Part shown: one piece after another, positions 30,769-38,810 of the stretch | How the letters are laid out: each line of letters opens with the position of its first letter | How positions within the stretch are numbered: position 1 is the first letter of the stretch | Virus record (IMG/VR): IMGVR_UViG_2901966883_000003 | Length of the DNA stretch: 64,000 nucleotides | From: a virus | Taxonomy: Duplodnaviria > Caudoviricetes | Reading direction: 5' to 3' (one strand) | Made by a program: the position numbers and the translations under genes | Notes under the pieces: model-generated | What the model was told of the DNA's origin: nothing | Database searches by the model: none | The model's input: only the letters and a program-made list of their open reading frames with translations

Positions 30769-31398
30769 TTAGTAGACTTCACCGTCATAAACATCAGCAA
30801 CTACATGTCTGAAATCAAATGTAGCTAATTCAGATAACTTAATAATGCGTGTTGTACCACATGCAACCATAAGATTTAATGGTTCGTGTACTTCATCATC
30901 TGGAATAACTACAACACATTGCTTACCATGTCCGTATAAGTTACCCATTTCCCATGCTTGCCCATCATCTGGTTCACTTGGAACATAAAGCATAATACCT
31001 AATTCACAGCCTTTAATTCCTTCAATATCGGCTGATACAGTTGCCATCTGCCACTCTTTATCAAGCATAATTTCTGGGTTGTTATTCACGTCCATACCTT
31101 TATATTGATGTGCCAATGGATAATGTGAGTATTCCCAACTTACACTAGGGTTAGCTTTGATAGCTTCTATCCCAGCTTTCATATGTTCCGTTTGTTTATC
31201 ACTAAACCATGAACAACCAATATATGCTTTGACTGGAGGCATAGGAGCTTCTACCAATTTTGTGCTTGTAAACATATAGTCACCGTCCTTTTCTTTAGAG
31301 ATTTGTTTCAGATTTTTGTTTACTACTTTATTAACTTTGTCTTTAAGTGTATTGAGATAATTTGTATCTCCATACAATACTTCATTAATTGAACTCAT
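30769..31398 (-). CDS. Nucleoside 2-deoxyribosyltransferase
   Basis: YIGCSWFS.KQ, PL.HQY, EWQ.AT...D, DDG.AWEMG, NLM motifs. Confidence 0.85.
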   Translation of the reverse strand: MSSINEVLYGDTNYLNTLKDKVNKVVNKNLKQISKEKDGDYMFTSTKLVEAPMPPVKAYIGCSWFSDKQTEHMKAGIEAIKANPSVSWEYSHYPLAHQYKGMDVNNNPEIMLDKEWQMATVSADIEGIKGCELGIMLYVPSEPDDGQAWEMGNLYGHGKQCVVVIPDDEVHEPLNLMVACGTTRIIKLSELATFDFRHVVADVYDGEVY

Positions 31399-31410
31399 TA
31401 TTTACCTACC

Positions 31411-31635
31411 TTATTTAGATAATTCAGCAATTAGATTTTCCAATTCATCTTCATTGATTTTGATTTGAGCATTGATATTATAACCTGTAACGAATGATAG
31501 CAATTCAATACCATTATCGCTACTAAACAATACATCTGTACCATCAGCAGTATTATCTGTGATTACATGATAGTAATCATCGCTCAAACCTTTAACAATA
31601 TAAATTGGTTGTGATAACTTTTCAATATTACGCAA
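31411..31635 (-). CDS. Hypothetical phage protein
   Basis: GGAGGTG RBS. Confidence 0.6.
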   Translation of the reverse strand: MRNIEKLSQPIYIVKGLSDDYYHVITDNTADGTDVLFSSDNGIELLSFVTGYNINAQIKINEDELENLIAELSK

Positions 31636-31643
31636 TTAAGGGG

Positions 31644-32363
31644 CTACACCTCCTTATTACGTTTTGCTTTTATTTTATCGAACTCATCTTGTGTTAATTT
31701 ACCTAAATCAACTAGCTTTTGTTCAATCATGTTAAGTACTTCATTACGGTCGGATAAGTTGTTTACGAAATCGTATTGTGAACGGTCAATACGTACAACT
31801 GGTGCTTGATAGAAACCATTGTACCAGCGTTTGTATGCTCTATTCACTGAATGATAATAATCTACTAACTTAGGGTCTTTACGCACATCTTCCATATCAC
31901 GACCACGTGCTTGTATTGAGTCGATTTCATCTTCTTCGTCAATATCAATGTAGACAACCAAATCTGGAAAACCGTTAAACGGACTGCCATTAACATTAGA
32001 TTGCATTTCTTGGTTCAATGTCATGTAAACGTTATAAGCGTCTTCGTCCATTTCCCCTCGTTCGTATATATTTCGTGCTAAGATATAATCGCTTGCTAGA
32101 TTTGAGTCTAATACAGCGTTTTCTTCAACGATAGCCTTTTTTAATTGTTGGTATCTAACCGTTAAGAAAGCTACCTGTAACATAGCACTAACTTGTTTTC
32201 TACTTTCTGCACCAGCACTATAAAAATGTTCTAACATGCCTTTGATTAAGCCATTGTCTACATCTTCATAATATGGGGTACTATTTAAATCTTTAGCGAG
32301 TATTTCTGTTAAGCTAGATTTGCCAGCAGAAATACTACCAATTACATAGATAATACTAACCAA
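31644..32363 (-). CDS. Deoxynucleoside kinase
   Basis: IGSISAGKSS P-loop, QVAFL..RY, PDLVVY, I.ARGRDME; start placed at TTG 32363. Confidence 0.88.
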   Translation of the reverse strand: MVSIIYVIGSISAGKSSLTEILAKDLNSTPYYEDVDNGLIKGMLEHFYSAGAESRKQVSAMLQVAFLTVRYQQLKKAIVEENAVLDSNLASDYILARNIYERGEMDEDAYNVYMTLNQEMQSNVNGSPFNGFPDLVVYIDIDEEDEIDSIQARGRDMEDVRKDPKLVDYYHSVNRAYKRWYNGFYQAPVVRIDRSQYDFVNNLSDRNEVLNMIEQKLVDLGKLTQDEFDKIKAKRNKEV

Positions 32364-32377
32364 CTTCTTTCTCACAT

Positions 32378-32566
32378 TCGTGTGCATATAGGAACAAAAC
32401 AAAATATTAGATGATAAAGGCTTATTAAATCTTGAACGCAACAAATTGAGAAACATCTTACATTATCGAAGATACAAGGGATAAGCCTTAGAATATTATC
32501 ATATATACGAAAAGACGTTAAATGAATATAACTAGATTTTTATGATTTGTTCCTATATACACACGA
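32378..32566 (-). repeat. 21-bp inverted repeat enclosing a 147-nt loop (hairpin-framed RNA)
   Basis: 32378-32398 vs 32546-32566, 20/21; the mismatch is G.U on the minus strand. Confidence 0.75.
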
Positions 32567-32587
32567 AATATTATATTTAATTGTTAA

Positions 32588-32677
32588 CGGTAAGTAAGGG
32601 ACTCGAACCCTTGCGTCCACAATTATGAACCTAACAGTTTAGCAAACTGTCCCCTTCACCAACTTGGGTAACTTACC
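32588..32677 (-). tRNA. tRNA-Ser(GCT)
   Basis: GGTAAGT/ACTTACC acceptor, TTGCTAA loop, long variable arm, AAGGG-TTCGAGT-CCCTT T-arm. Confidence 0.92.
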
Positions 32678-32683
32678 AAATAT

Positions 32684-33104
32684 AACCAGCTATCGAACAT
32701 TAAATTGCATTCGCCTCAACAATCTGTTCCCTAGCAAAGTTCGGCGAAAGAACTCCACTGCACCGAGAGGATAACTGGCTAAAGCAACTGGTGGATATAT
32801 CTAAACGATTGGGCTTATCCCCAGCGAAAAAGTCATCTCGCCACTTTGAGATAACTTACTAAATAATCGGCACACCTAACTACACACACCAAGCTCGCAC
32901 GTATGACAACAGTAGCTATCTGCTGCGAAGTAATCAACTTCCGAACTTGGCATTAGTATGTCCCTTGCGAATTGCTTTATACACTCCCTATACGCTTTTC
33001 ACACTTGGAAGTGATACTCCACAATCCGCCTTACCAACTCCCGTCCCACATTAAAGTACTCATAACGGTACTACCTTGATGAGAGGTGTGTCGGGAGTTG
33101 GTAC
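32684..33104 (-). ncRNA. Unidentified structured RNA region
   Basis: GC-richer non-coding stretch with several stems (TACCAACTCCCG/CGGGAGTTGGTA, GCCAAGTTCG/CGAGCTTGGT, CCAGTTATC/GATAGCTGG). Confidence 0.55.
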
Positions 33105-33106
33105 AA

Positions 33107-33151
33107 AACCCACTTCTGGAGTTGAACCAGAATAATACTACCGAGGTGAGT
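33107..33151 (-). ncRNA. Minimal tRNA-like element (acceptor + T-arm only)
   Basis: ACTCAC/GTGGGT stem; TCTGG-TTCAACT-CCAGA T-arm. Confidence 0.6.
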
Positions 33152-33162
33152 AAACATAAATA

Positions 33163-33375
33163 TATGTTCTTTGACACATATGAGTAGCACATTTTTTGTT
33201 GCCACAGATGTAATAAAAGGTACTGTCTGTCCCACGTACATGTGGGTAACACCAGTTTCCTACGTCTCAAGTGCTATAAACCTTAGTCTGTCCCACATGT
33301 ATGTGGGTGACACTTCTTTATCACTGTAACGCAGTCTGACGGACGTAGTCTGTCCCACGTACATATGGGTAACAC
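33163..33375 (-). CRISPR. Mini CRISPR array, type I-E-like 28-bp repeat GTGTTACCCACATGTACGTGGGACAGAC: 3 repeats + 1 degenerate, 3 spacers
   Basis: Repeats at 33348-33375, 33286-33313, 33225-33252 and degenerate 33163-33190; spacers 34, 33 and 34 bp; palindromic CCCAC/GTGGG core. Confidence 0.88.
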
Positions 33376-33557
33376 ACTAAAAATCAGACCAATAAATCCC
33401 ACAGTACTAGGGTTTTGGGAACTCCTAATTTTTTAGGGTTGCCAAAATTTCATTAGATACATCGTTGCCTTCGTATCAGAAAAATCTGAAATAAAGGTCT
33501 TACATGATAATTACCAAATGCTTTAAAGTCCGCAACAGACAAACGGACTACCTATTT
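33376..33557 (-). ncRNA. Putative omega-RNA scaffold of tnpB-2 ending in a CRISPR-leader-like sequence
   Basis: GTCCG/CGGAC hairpin, TTGGTAA...GAGTTCCCAAAACC as in the tnpB-1 RNA, then TTGGTCTGATTTTTAGT abutting repeat 1. Confidence 0.6.
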
Positions 33558-34814
33558 CTAGGCTAATTGTTTTAATCCTTTGTCTAGGATATTCTTGGCT
33601 GCATTTATATCACGAATATGGTAAGTATTACAGCTAGGACAAGTCCAACTTCTATCTTTTAGTGTTAGCTTGTTCGTATCTTTTGTTCCCATAACATGCC
33701 CACATTCACTACATGTTTGTGTTGTATTCTTAGGATTTACAGTAACAAAAGTCTTACCATATAATTCAGCTTTGTATTCTAGTTTTTGTAGGAATGTTCT
33801 CCAACCTACATCACTAATAGACATAGCCAAAGCGTGATTTCTCAACATATTTTTACTTCTTAGATTTTCAGCCACAACCAAATCGTGGTTCTTGATAAGT
33901 GTTATCGACATCTCGTCCAAGAATTTATTACGTTGATTACGCACTCTGTTCATGAGTTTTGATACCACCATACGTTGCTTTTGATAGTTCTTGCTGTCAC
34001 GTAAAGAACGTCCCTCTTTCTTGGCTCTAACTTGTCTGCGTGATAATTTACGTTGTGCTTTAGCTAATCTACCCTTAATTGTTCTATAAAATCTTGGGTT
34101 AGCCACAACATTACCTTCGCTAGTTGTTAAGAAGTTATCTGTGTTTAAGTCAAGTCCAACTTGAGAATTAGTCTTAGGCAACTCTTTAACAAAAGGTGTA
34201 TCAGAACCTAGCTGCATAGAAACATAGTAGATACCAAAAGCGTTTTTAGAAATAGTAGTTGTACCAATTCTAATATCGCCTTTATTATCCAATAGCTTTC
34301 TATATGAACCACTCACACGAATAATACCCAACTTAGGAATATTGATATGCTTATTATCTACGAACCTAATTGAGCCAGTCCACATATTTACTGGTTTCTT
34401 CTTACTTGGATAAGTACCACTTGTTTGATACTTCTCCTCGTAAGTTTTCTTATGGAAATTAGGTGTCCCAGCGTTATGAACTTTTCTAAACATATTCCAT
34501 GCAGCTTTATAAGAACGCATTGCCATAGAACGACAATGACTATCAATATAAGGGTGTTTCATGTAGGTATAGTGCGTTGCTAAATGGTTTTGAGCCTTCT
34601 TACGTTTTTCCAATTCAGCAATACGTGTTTGAATTGTATCAATAGGTAGTTTTACCTGTTTTAATTGGTATAACTCTTTATCAATCGCAACCATAGCGTT
34701 ATATACAGCCCTAGATACATCACTGTTCATCTTAATGATTTGTTTTTGCTTCGTGCTAGGGTGAATACACATCTTCAAGCCATAGTGGTATTTTAACTCA
34801 CTCATTGTCTTCAT
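33558..34814 (-). CDS. tnpB: TnpB RNA-guided endonuclease (tnpB-2), CRISPR-adjacent
   Basis: RuvC D (GLDLN), E (AENL), D (RDINAA); CSEC/CPSC zinc finger; 418 aa. Confidence 0.93.
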   Translation of the reverse strand: MKTMSELKYHYGLKMCIHPSTKQKQIIKMNSDVSRAVYNAMVAIDKELYQLKQVKLPIDTIQTRIAELEKRKKAQNHLATHYTYMKHPYIDSHCRSMAMRSYKAAWNMFRKVHNAGTPNFHKKTYEEKYQTSGTYPSKKKPVNMWTGSIRFVDNKHINIPKLGIIRVSGSYRKLLDNKGDIRIGTTTISKNAFGIYYVSMQLGSDTPFVKELPKTNSQVGLDLNTDNFLTTSEGNVVANPRFYRTIKGRLAKAQRKLSRRQVRAKKEGRSLRDSKNYQKQRMVVSKLMNRVRNQRNKFLDEMSITLIKNHDLVVAENLRSKNMLRNHALAMSISDVGWRTFLQKLEYKAELYGKTFVTVNPKNTTQTCSECGHVMGTKDTNKLTLKDRSWTCPSCNTYHIRDINAAKNILDKGLKQLA

Positions 34815-34860
34815 CTATCTCACCTCTTTTCTGTTATATATTTATAGTCTTAAAGACTAA

Positions 34861-34920
34861 TTGCAACGGTGGGGCTCGAACCCACATCATCCTTTGCTCT
34901 ACCATTTGAGCTACGTTGCT
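34861..34920 (-). ncRNA. Anticodon-less tRNA-like element
   Basis: GCAACG/CGTTGC acceptor, GCTC-AAATGGTA-GAGC D-arm, 10-nt linker, GTGGG-TTCGAGC-CCCAC T-arm. Confidence 0.8.
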
Positions 34921-35065
34921 AACCTTCTAATTCTAAAAGGAGGAAATCTTAAACCATGAACCAATCCGTAAGTCGTAATGAACCCGCTCATGAATTAACT
35001 TATTAATGTCGCATTATTACTTAACGCAAAGTTATAATCTCGGGGTAGTCATGCCCTACCCCTAT

Positions 35066-35115
35066 TACCACATTAGGAGTCGAACTCATAAAATGTACCT
35101 TTTAACATCTGTGGC
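35066..35115 (-). ncRNA. Anticodon-less degenerate tRNA-like element (matches spacer 3)
   Basis: GCCACA/TGTGGT acceptor, GAG-TTCGACT T-loop, no anticodon arm. Confidence 0.55.
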
Positions 35116-35224
35116 AACAAAAAAAATAATTTAAAAAAGGAGTGTTGATTAATACGCAAAACCTAATCAACTAATAAAAAATGAACGAATTAATAAATGT
35201 TTGTTTCGAGGTGTTTCCACCTCT

Positions 35225-35299
35225 ATGTCATAGTAAGGACTTGAACCTTGCTGCTCTCGTGTTAAGGACGAGTGTGTTACCCGCATACACCATATGACT
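35225..35299 (-). tRNA. Atypical tRNA-like gene, anticodon loop CCTTAAC (nominal TTA)
   Basis: GTCATA/TATGAC acceptor, GTGT/ACAC D-stem, CTCGT/ACGAG anticodon stem, AAGG-TTCAAGT-CCTT T-arm; C33 and A1:A72 mismatch. Confidence 0.65.
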
Positions 35300-35683
35300 A
35301 CCGATTAGGATAGATATTTATTGAATAATTACGCATAGGTTTACTAACTACACTATTCGCGTTCGCCTATCCGCTCCCACATTCCCTTTAAAGTCTGTGA
35401 GCGTGGTATGTAAAAGCCGCATATGAGCTTGTGTGGTATAGTGTTCCCGACAGTCCAACATTTTACATACCAAATGTCTACTCGTTTATTCTCTAAACTC
35501 TTAACATATAGTAGACTGTTTTTGGGAGAGCATTTTAATAGCTCCTAGAGAGAACGGGACGAAAAACTGTGTCAGTATCGTAAGTTGTATTAGGGGTTAA
35601 TTATAGCTGTATTTCATTGAGTTGAAAGGAAGTGAAAACCAACCCGTTCCCTTTAGCAACCATCAAAGCTGCCTTATGTAGTT

Positions 35684-35899
35684 TTAGTGTTTTCTCTTAA
35701 CAGAATAGATATGTTTCTTGTGCCATTCTTTTATATTGCTAAACCCAGCTGCCAAACCAGCTAAATAAAATAACTTAGTCCAGAAACCATAGCTATAAAA
35801 GATTAGGTCAAACGCAACGGTCATAATAAACAACCATTGAATTAAATACCATGTTCTCGTTAAGAGAAATCTATCAATCATATTACTTAGTTTATCCAT
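35684..35899 (-). CDS. Small membrane protein
   Basis: GGAGGTG RBS before MDKLSN; two hydrophobic segments. Confidence 0.65.
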   Translation of the reverse strand: MDKLSNMIDRFLLTRTWYLIQWLFIMTVAFDLIFYSYGFWTKLFYLAGLAAGFSNIKEWHKKHIYSVKRKH

Positions 35900-36448
35900 C
35901 TTTACACCTCCAATTAAGGATGGATATATCAACGAGTAGTTAAAAATGGAAATATATAATCAAGAGCATAAAAAATACATTAAAAGTCAACCGCCTACTC
36001 GCTGATATATCAACCCTAATGGGCTGACATTCAGATAAAAACAAAAATAGTATAAAAATAAAAGTTTTAAAGAGATGATATTAAAATCAGTATTAATGTA
36101 ATTAACAAAATAGACTAGAGATACACTAACCATAGAATATCATCAAATATAAGAAAAATTTGGAAGTACAAATCCTTTTTAGATTTGCGAAAGTTGTTTA
36201 GGTAAACTAAGTTTTGTCTACCTACATAGGATTTGGAAACTTCTTGACGGAAGGAGTTATAAACCAATATTCTAACCAAACCCTATGTAGATGGGCAATA
36301 CCGTTATTCACCCACCTACCAATATTTTGGAGGTGTCGCCACGATAACCGCTACATAAGTAAAGAAAATAAACAAAATATTTTAGTAAAAGGAGGCACAT
36401 TCATTGTGAATGCACAAAATCAAGTATCATTATAGTTATCGTGACAAA

Positions 36449-36528
36449 TATCGGATTGATGAATTGAACACCAAACCTTACAAGTACCGTTATCATACTC
36501 ATACGCTCTGCCATTAAGCTATCCGATT
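36449..36528 (-). tRNA. Atypical tRNA-like gene with extended anticodon arm
   Basis: ATCGGA/TCCGAT acceptor, GCTT-AATGGCA-GAGC D-arm, 8-bp stem with 9-nt loop, TGGTG-TTCAATT-CATCA T-arm. Confidence 0.6.
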
Positions 36529-36612
36529 GTTGAATCACGTAAGGACAATTACATTAAGTTCAACATATTTAATAGATTTAATATATTTAATTTTGTTGTA
36601 GCCTTAAGTTAT

Positions 36613-36675
36613 TCGTTTATTCTCTTAACTCTTAACTACATATATTATAATACCATATAAAAAATAAAAGTCAAC
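36613..36675 (-). promoter_or_regulatory. Promoter of the ncRNA/tnpB-2 unit followed by the 24-bp element
   Basis: TTGACT...TGGTATTATAAT then GTTAAGAGTTAAGAGAATAAACGA. Confidence 0.7.
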
Positions 36676-36682
36676 ATAAAAA

Positions 36683-36943
36683 CTAAGAAATCTTCATCTT
36701 TTTTTGAAGATTGTTTAACTTATCCATTCGTAGCCCAGTCCATGTATCATCTTCTGTAACTACAACAGACAAACTACGTAGTCCTCTTTCTAACAAATAA
36801 TCTAATGCTTTGGGGTCTTCATCTACATTGTATTCATGATAGTCAATTCCCATAGAATGTAATTTGCGTTTTGTTATCTTACATTGTTGGCAATTATTCT
36901 TAGAATATACTGTTACTACATTGCTACTTGATACTGTCGTCAA
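36683..36943 (-). CDS. nrdH: NrdH-like glutaredoxin
   Basis: VTVYSKNNCQQCKITK, NVDEDP, W.G.R.DK. Confidence 0.85.
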   Translation of the reverse strand: MTTVSSSNVVTVYSKNNCQQCKITKRKLHSMGIDYHEYNVDEDPKALDYLLERGLRSLSVVVTEDDTWTGLRMDKLNNLQKKMKIS

Positions 36944-37298
36944 CCGTTCTATTCACCTCCTTATGTCTGTTATACTCATTTTCCCAGTATTCAATATTAT
37001 CAATGAAATTGTCTACTATATTAGAAACATAAGTCATCAAAGCAAATGATATTGCCTCTACTCCTGTAACAAATATGGTTGGTATTTCATACTTACCCCA
37101 CCCCATACCAATATACACAACTAGAGCTGCTGTAACAAAAAGCCAGAAGGTAACACTATGACTTTCTAGTTTCTTCATTTCATCATATACTCTACGCATA
37201 GATTTTAGTTCAATGTCAGCAGAAATCATATCACCACTCTCAAGGTATGTAGATAGATTACGCACTGATTTATTGAACTCTCTTTCAGCACTTGTCAT
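36924..37298 (-). CDS. Membrane protein
   Basis: Two hydrophobic segments. Confidence 0.6.
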   Translation of the reverse strand: MTSAEREFNKSVRNLSTYLESGDMISADIELKSMRRVYDEMKKLESHSVTFWLFVTAALVVYIGMGWGKYEIPTIFVTGVEAISFALMTYVSNIVDNFIDNIEYWENEYNRHKEVNRTVDDSIK

Positions 37299-37705
37299 TT
37301 GTACGGATAATCTCCCTTCTTACCACTAAATTCAAAATAGTTTTCGATTGTGCTAAGGGCTAACGTCATATTCAATAATGGATTCCCAAATCTCATCTTA
37401 TAAGCATTTAATACAATTTCACCATCGTCTTCAATTTTGCATCCATACCACTTAACGATGGGACGTAGTTCATCATAGCGTTCAGATGGAATATGAGAAA
37501 AATTAATACCGAGGGTATAGCCATCATCAGAATAGACATTATCCTTGTTATAGATTTCCACGTTATCGTGCATATAGTCTACCGCACGCAGCGTATAAGA
37601 TGTCCATCCATTATCTAATGGCAATTTATACCACACTAAATTATCATAGACTTCTACAATCTTAGATGTATCTATATCGTTTATGTTCTGTAACGGTCTA
37701 TCCAT
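37295..37705 (-). CDS. Hypothetical phage protein
   Basis: AGGAGGG RBS. Confidence 0.65.
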   Translation of the reverse strand: MDRPLQNINDIDTSKIVEVYDNLVWYKLPLDNGWTSYTLRAVDYMHDNVEIYNKDNVYSDDGYTLGINFSHIPSERYDELRPIVKWYGCKIEDDGEIVLNAYKMRFGNPLLNMTLALSTIENYFEFSGKKGDYPYK

Positions 37706-37866
37706 GAGCTATCCCTCCTAATCAAGTTTTCTCAAAATATCTTCAAGTTCCCAATAAATTAGAACCAACATTGCAGCTGAAATTTTCATTGCCATATCTA
37801 TTTCTGAGAAAGCTATACCTACAGTTATTAATATGAATACTATTGTTGTTAGAATGTTCCATACTT

Positions 37867-38133
37867 TCATAGAACTCCTCCCTCCATGTTAATCGCACTT
37901 TTAAGAAGTGAACTCTTATTAATGAGTACGCAATTCTTGTTATCAAAGAACCTTAACGCAGTTTCTTTAACATCATGCTCCCAATAATATATATGAATAT
38001 GCCCGTCATGAAGATTAACAACGCATGAATTGTTTGTTTCTAGCGTAAACATATAGAAACTATCGTTATCTCTAACATAGATTATATCACCGTATTTAAC
38101 CTCGTACTTATCCAATATCTCCTTAATCTTCAT
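37867..38133 (-). CDS. Paralog family C small protein
   Basis: MKIKEIL...GDI...NLHDG. Confidence 0.65.
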   Translation of the reverse strand: MKIKEILDKYEVKYGDIIYVRDNDSFYMFTLETNNSCVVNLHDGHIHIYYWEHDVKETALRFFDNKNCVLINKSSLLKSAINMEGGVL

Positions 38134-38228
38134 TGCTTAACACCACATTTATGTAATTTGTTGTAAATACTACTGTACTCTTACAGTCATCTTTTATAAT
38201 AGTAGACTTAAAGTAATCTTTACTCTCT

Positions 38229-38507
38229 TTAATCTGTGTCATTATCTTCCTCCGTTTCTCTAACAGCTTTATATTCATCTACAAGTTCCACATCATCATC
38301 ACCAAAGAAGTCTTCCCAAAACTTGACGGAATTACCTACTGCTGTATCATCACTAAGAGCAACACCACATTCTAAATCAATGACGCATGCGAAAGTATCA
38401 AATTTAACAAAACTACATGCCAACATGAAATGTTTGTCAACGGTTCTGTCATAGACTACGTCACCAAAACGCAAATCATCTCTACTTAATATCTCTTTAA
38501 TCTTCAT
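38229..38507 (-). CDS. Paralog family C small protein
   Basis: MKIKEIL...GDV...DLECG. Confidence 0.65.
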   Translation of the reverse strand: MKIKEILSRDDLRFGDVVYDRTVDKHFMLACSFVKFDTFACVIDLECGVALSDDTAVGNSVKFWEDFFGDDDVELVDEYKAVRETEEDNDTD

Positions 38508-38522
38508 ATGTACACTCCTTAC

Positions 38523-38810
38523 TTAATTAGACACGTCTATTTCTGCGTCCACGATACCCCAATCTACAATAGCGTCACCACATAAAATTGCTTCAATCTC
38601 TGATGGTGTATCAGCTGATATTCCAGCTACACCCGTAGCTATATCGACTGCGTGATACCGTTTACCCCCAAGTTCTTTTATTACAAACCAGTATTCTTCG
38701 TACGCACTTTCACCGTTATAAACAACTTTAATCACGTCACCGCATTCTATTCTTCTTTTGTTTAAGACCCTTTTATTAATCTTCATCAAAACACCTCTAC
38801 TTAGATACAC
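38523..38810 (-). CDS. Paralog family C small protein
   Basis: GDVIKV...YW...DIATG. Confidence 0.65.
   Translation of the reverse strand: MYLSRGVLMKINKRVLNKRRIECGDVIKVVYNGESAYEEYWFVIKELGGKRYHAVDIATGVAGISADTPSEIEAILCGDAIVDWGIVDAEIDVSN

Noticed and set aside
32364-32456. N-terminal extension of the deoxynucleoside kinase ORF
   Set aside because: Lies in the inverted-repeat arm; the P-loop position favours TTG at 32363
33039-33128. Possible fifth and sixth degenerate repeats (GTCCCACAT lies in 62-bp phase at 33043)
   Set aside because: Only 9 nt match, the intervening position is out of phase, and both are explained by RNA stems
33031-33270. 79-aa ORF over the CRISPR array
   Set aside because: Overlaps repeats and RNA structures, with no RBS
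36184-36193. 10-nt match to the putative guide after the orphan omega-RNA (CTTTCGCAAA)
   Set aside because: Short enough to arise by chance and no GAT-like TAM adjacent
36214-36435. + strand ORF in the ncRNA region
   Set aside because: Counter to local transcription, no RBS at its start, crosses several stems
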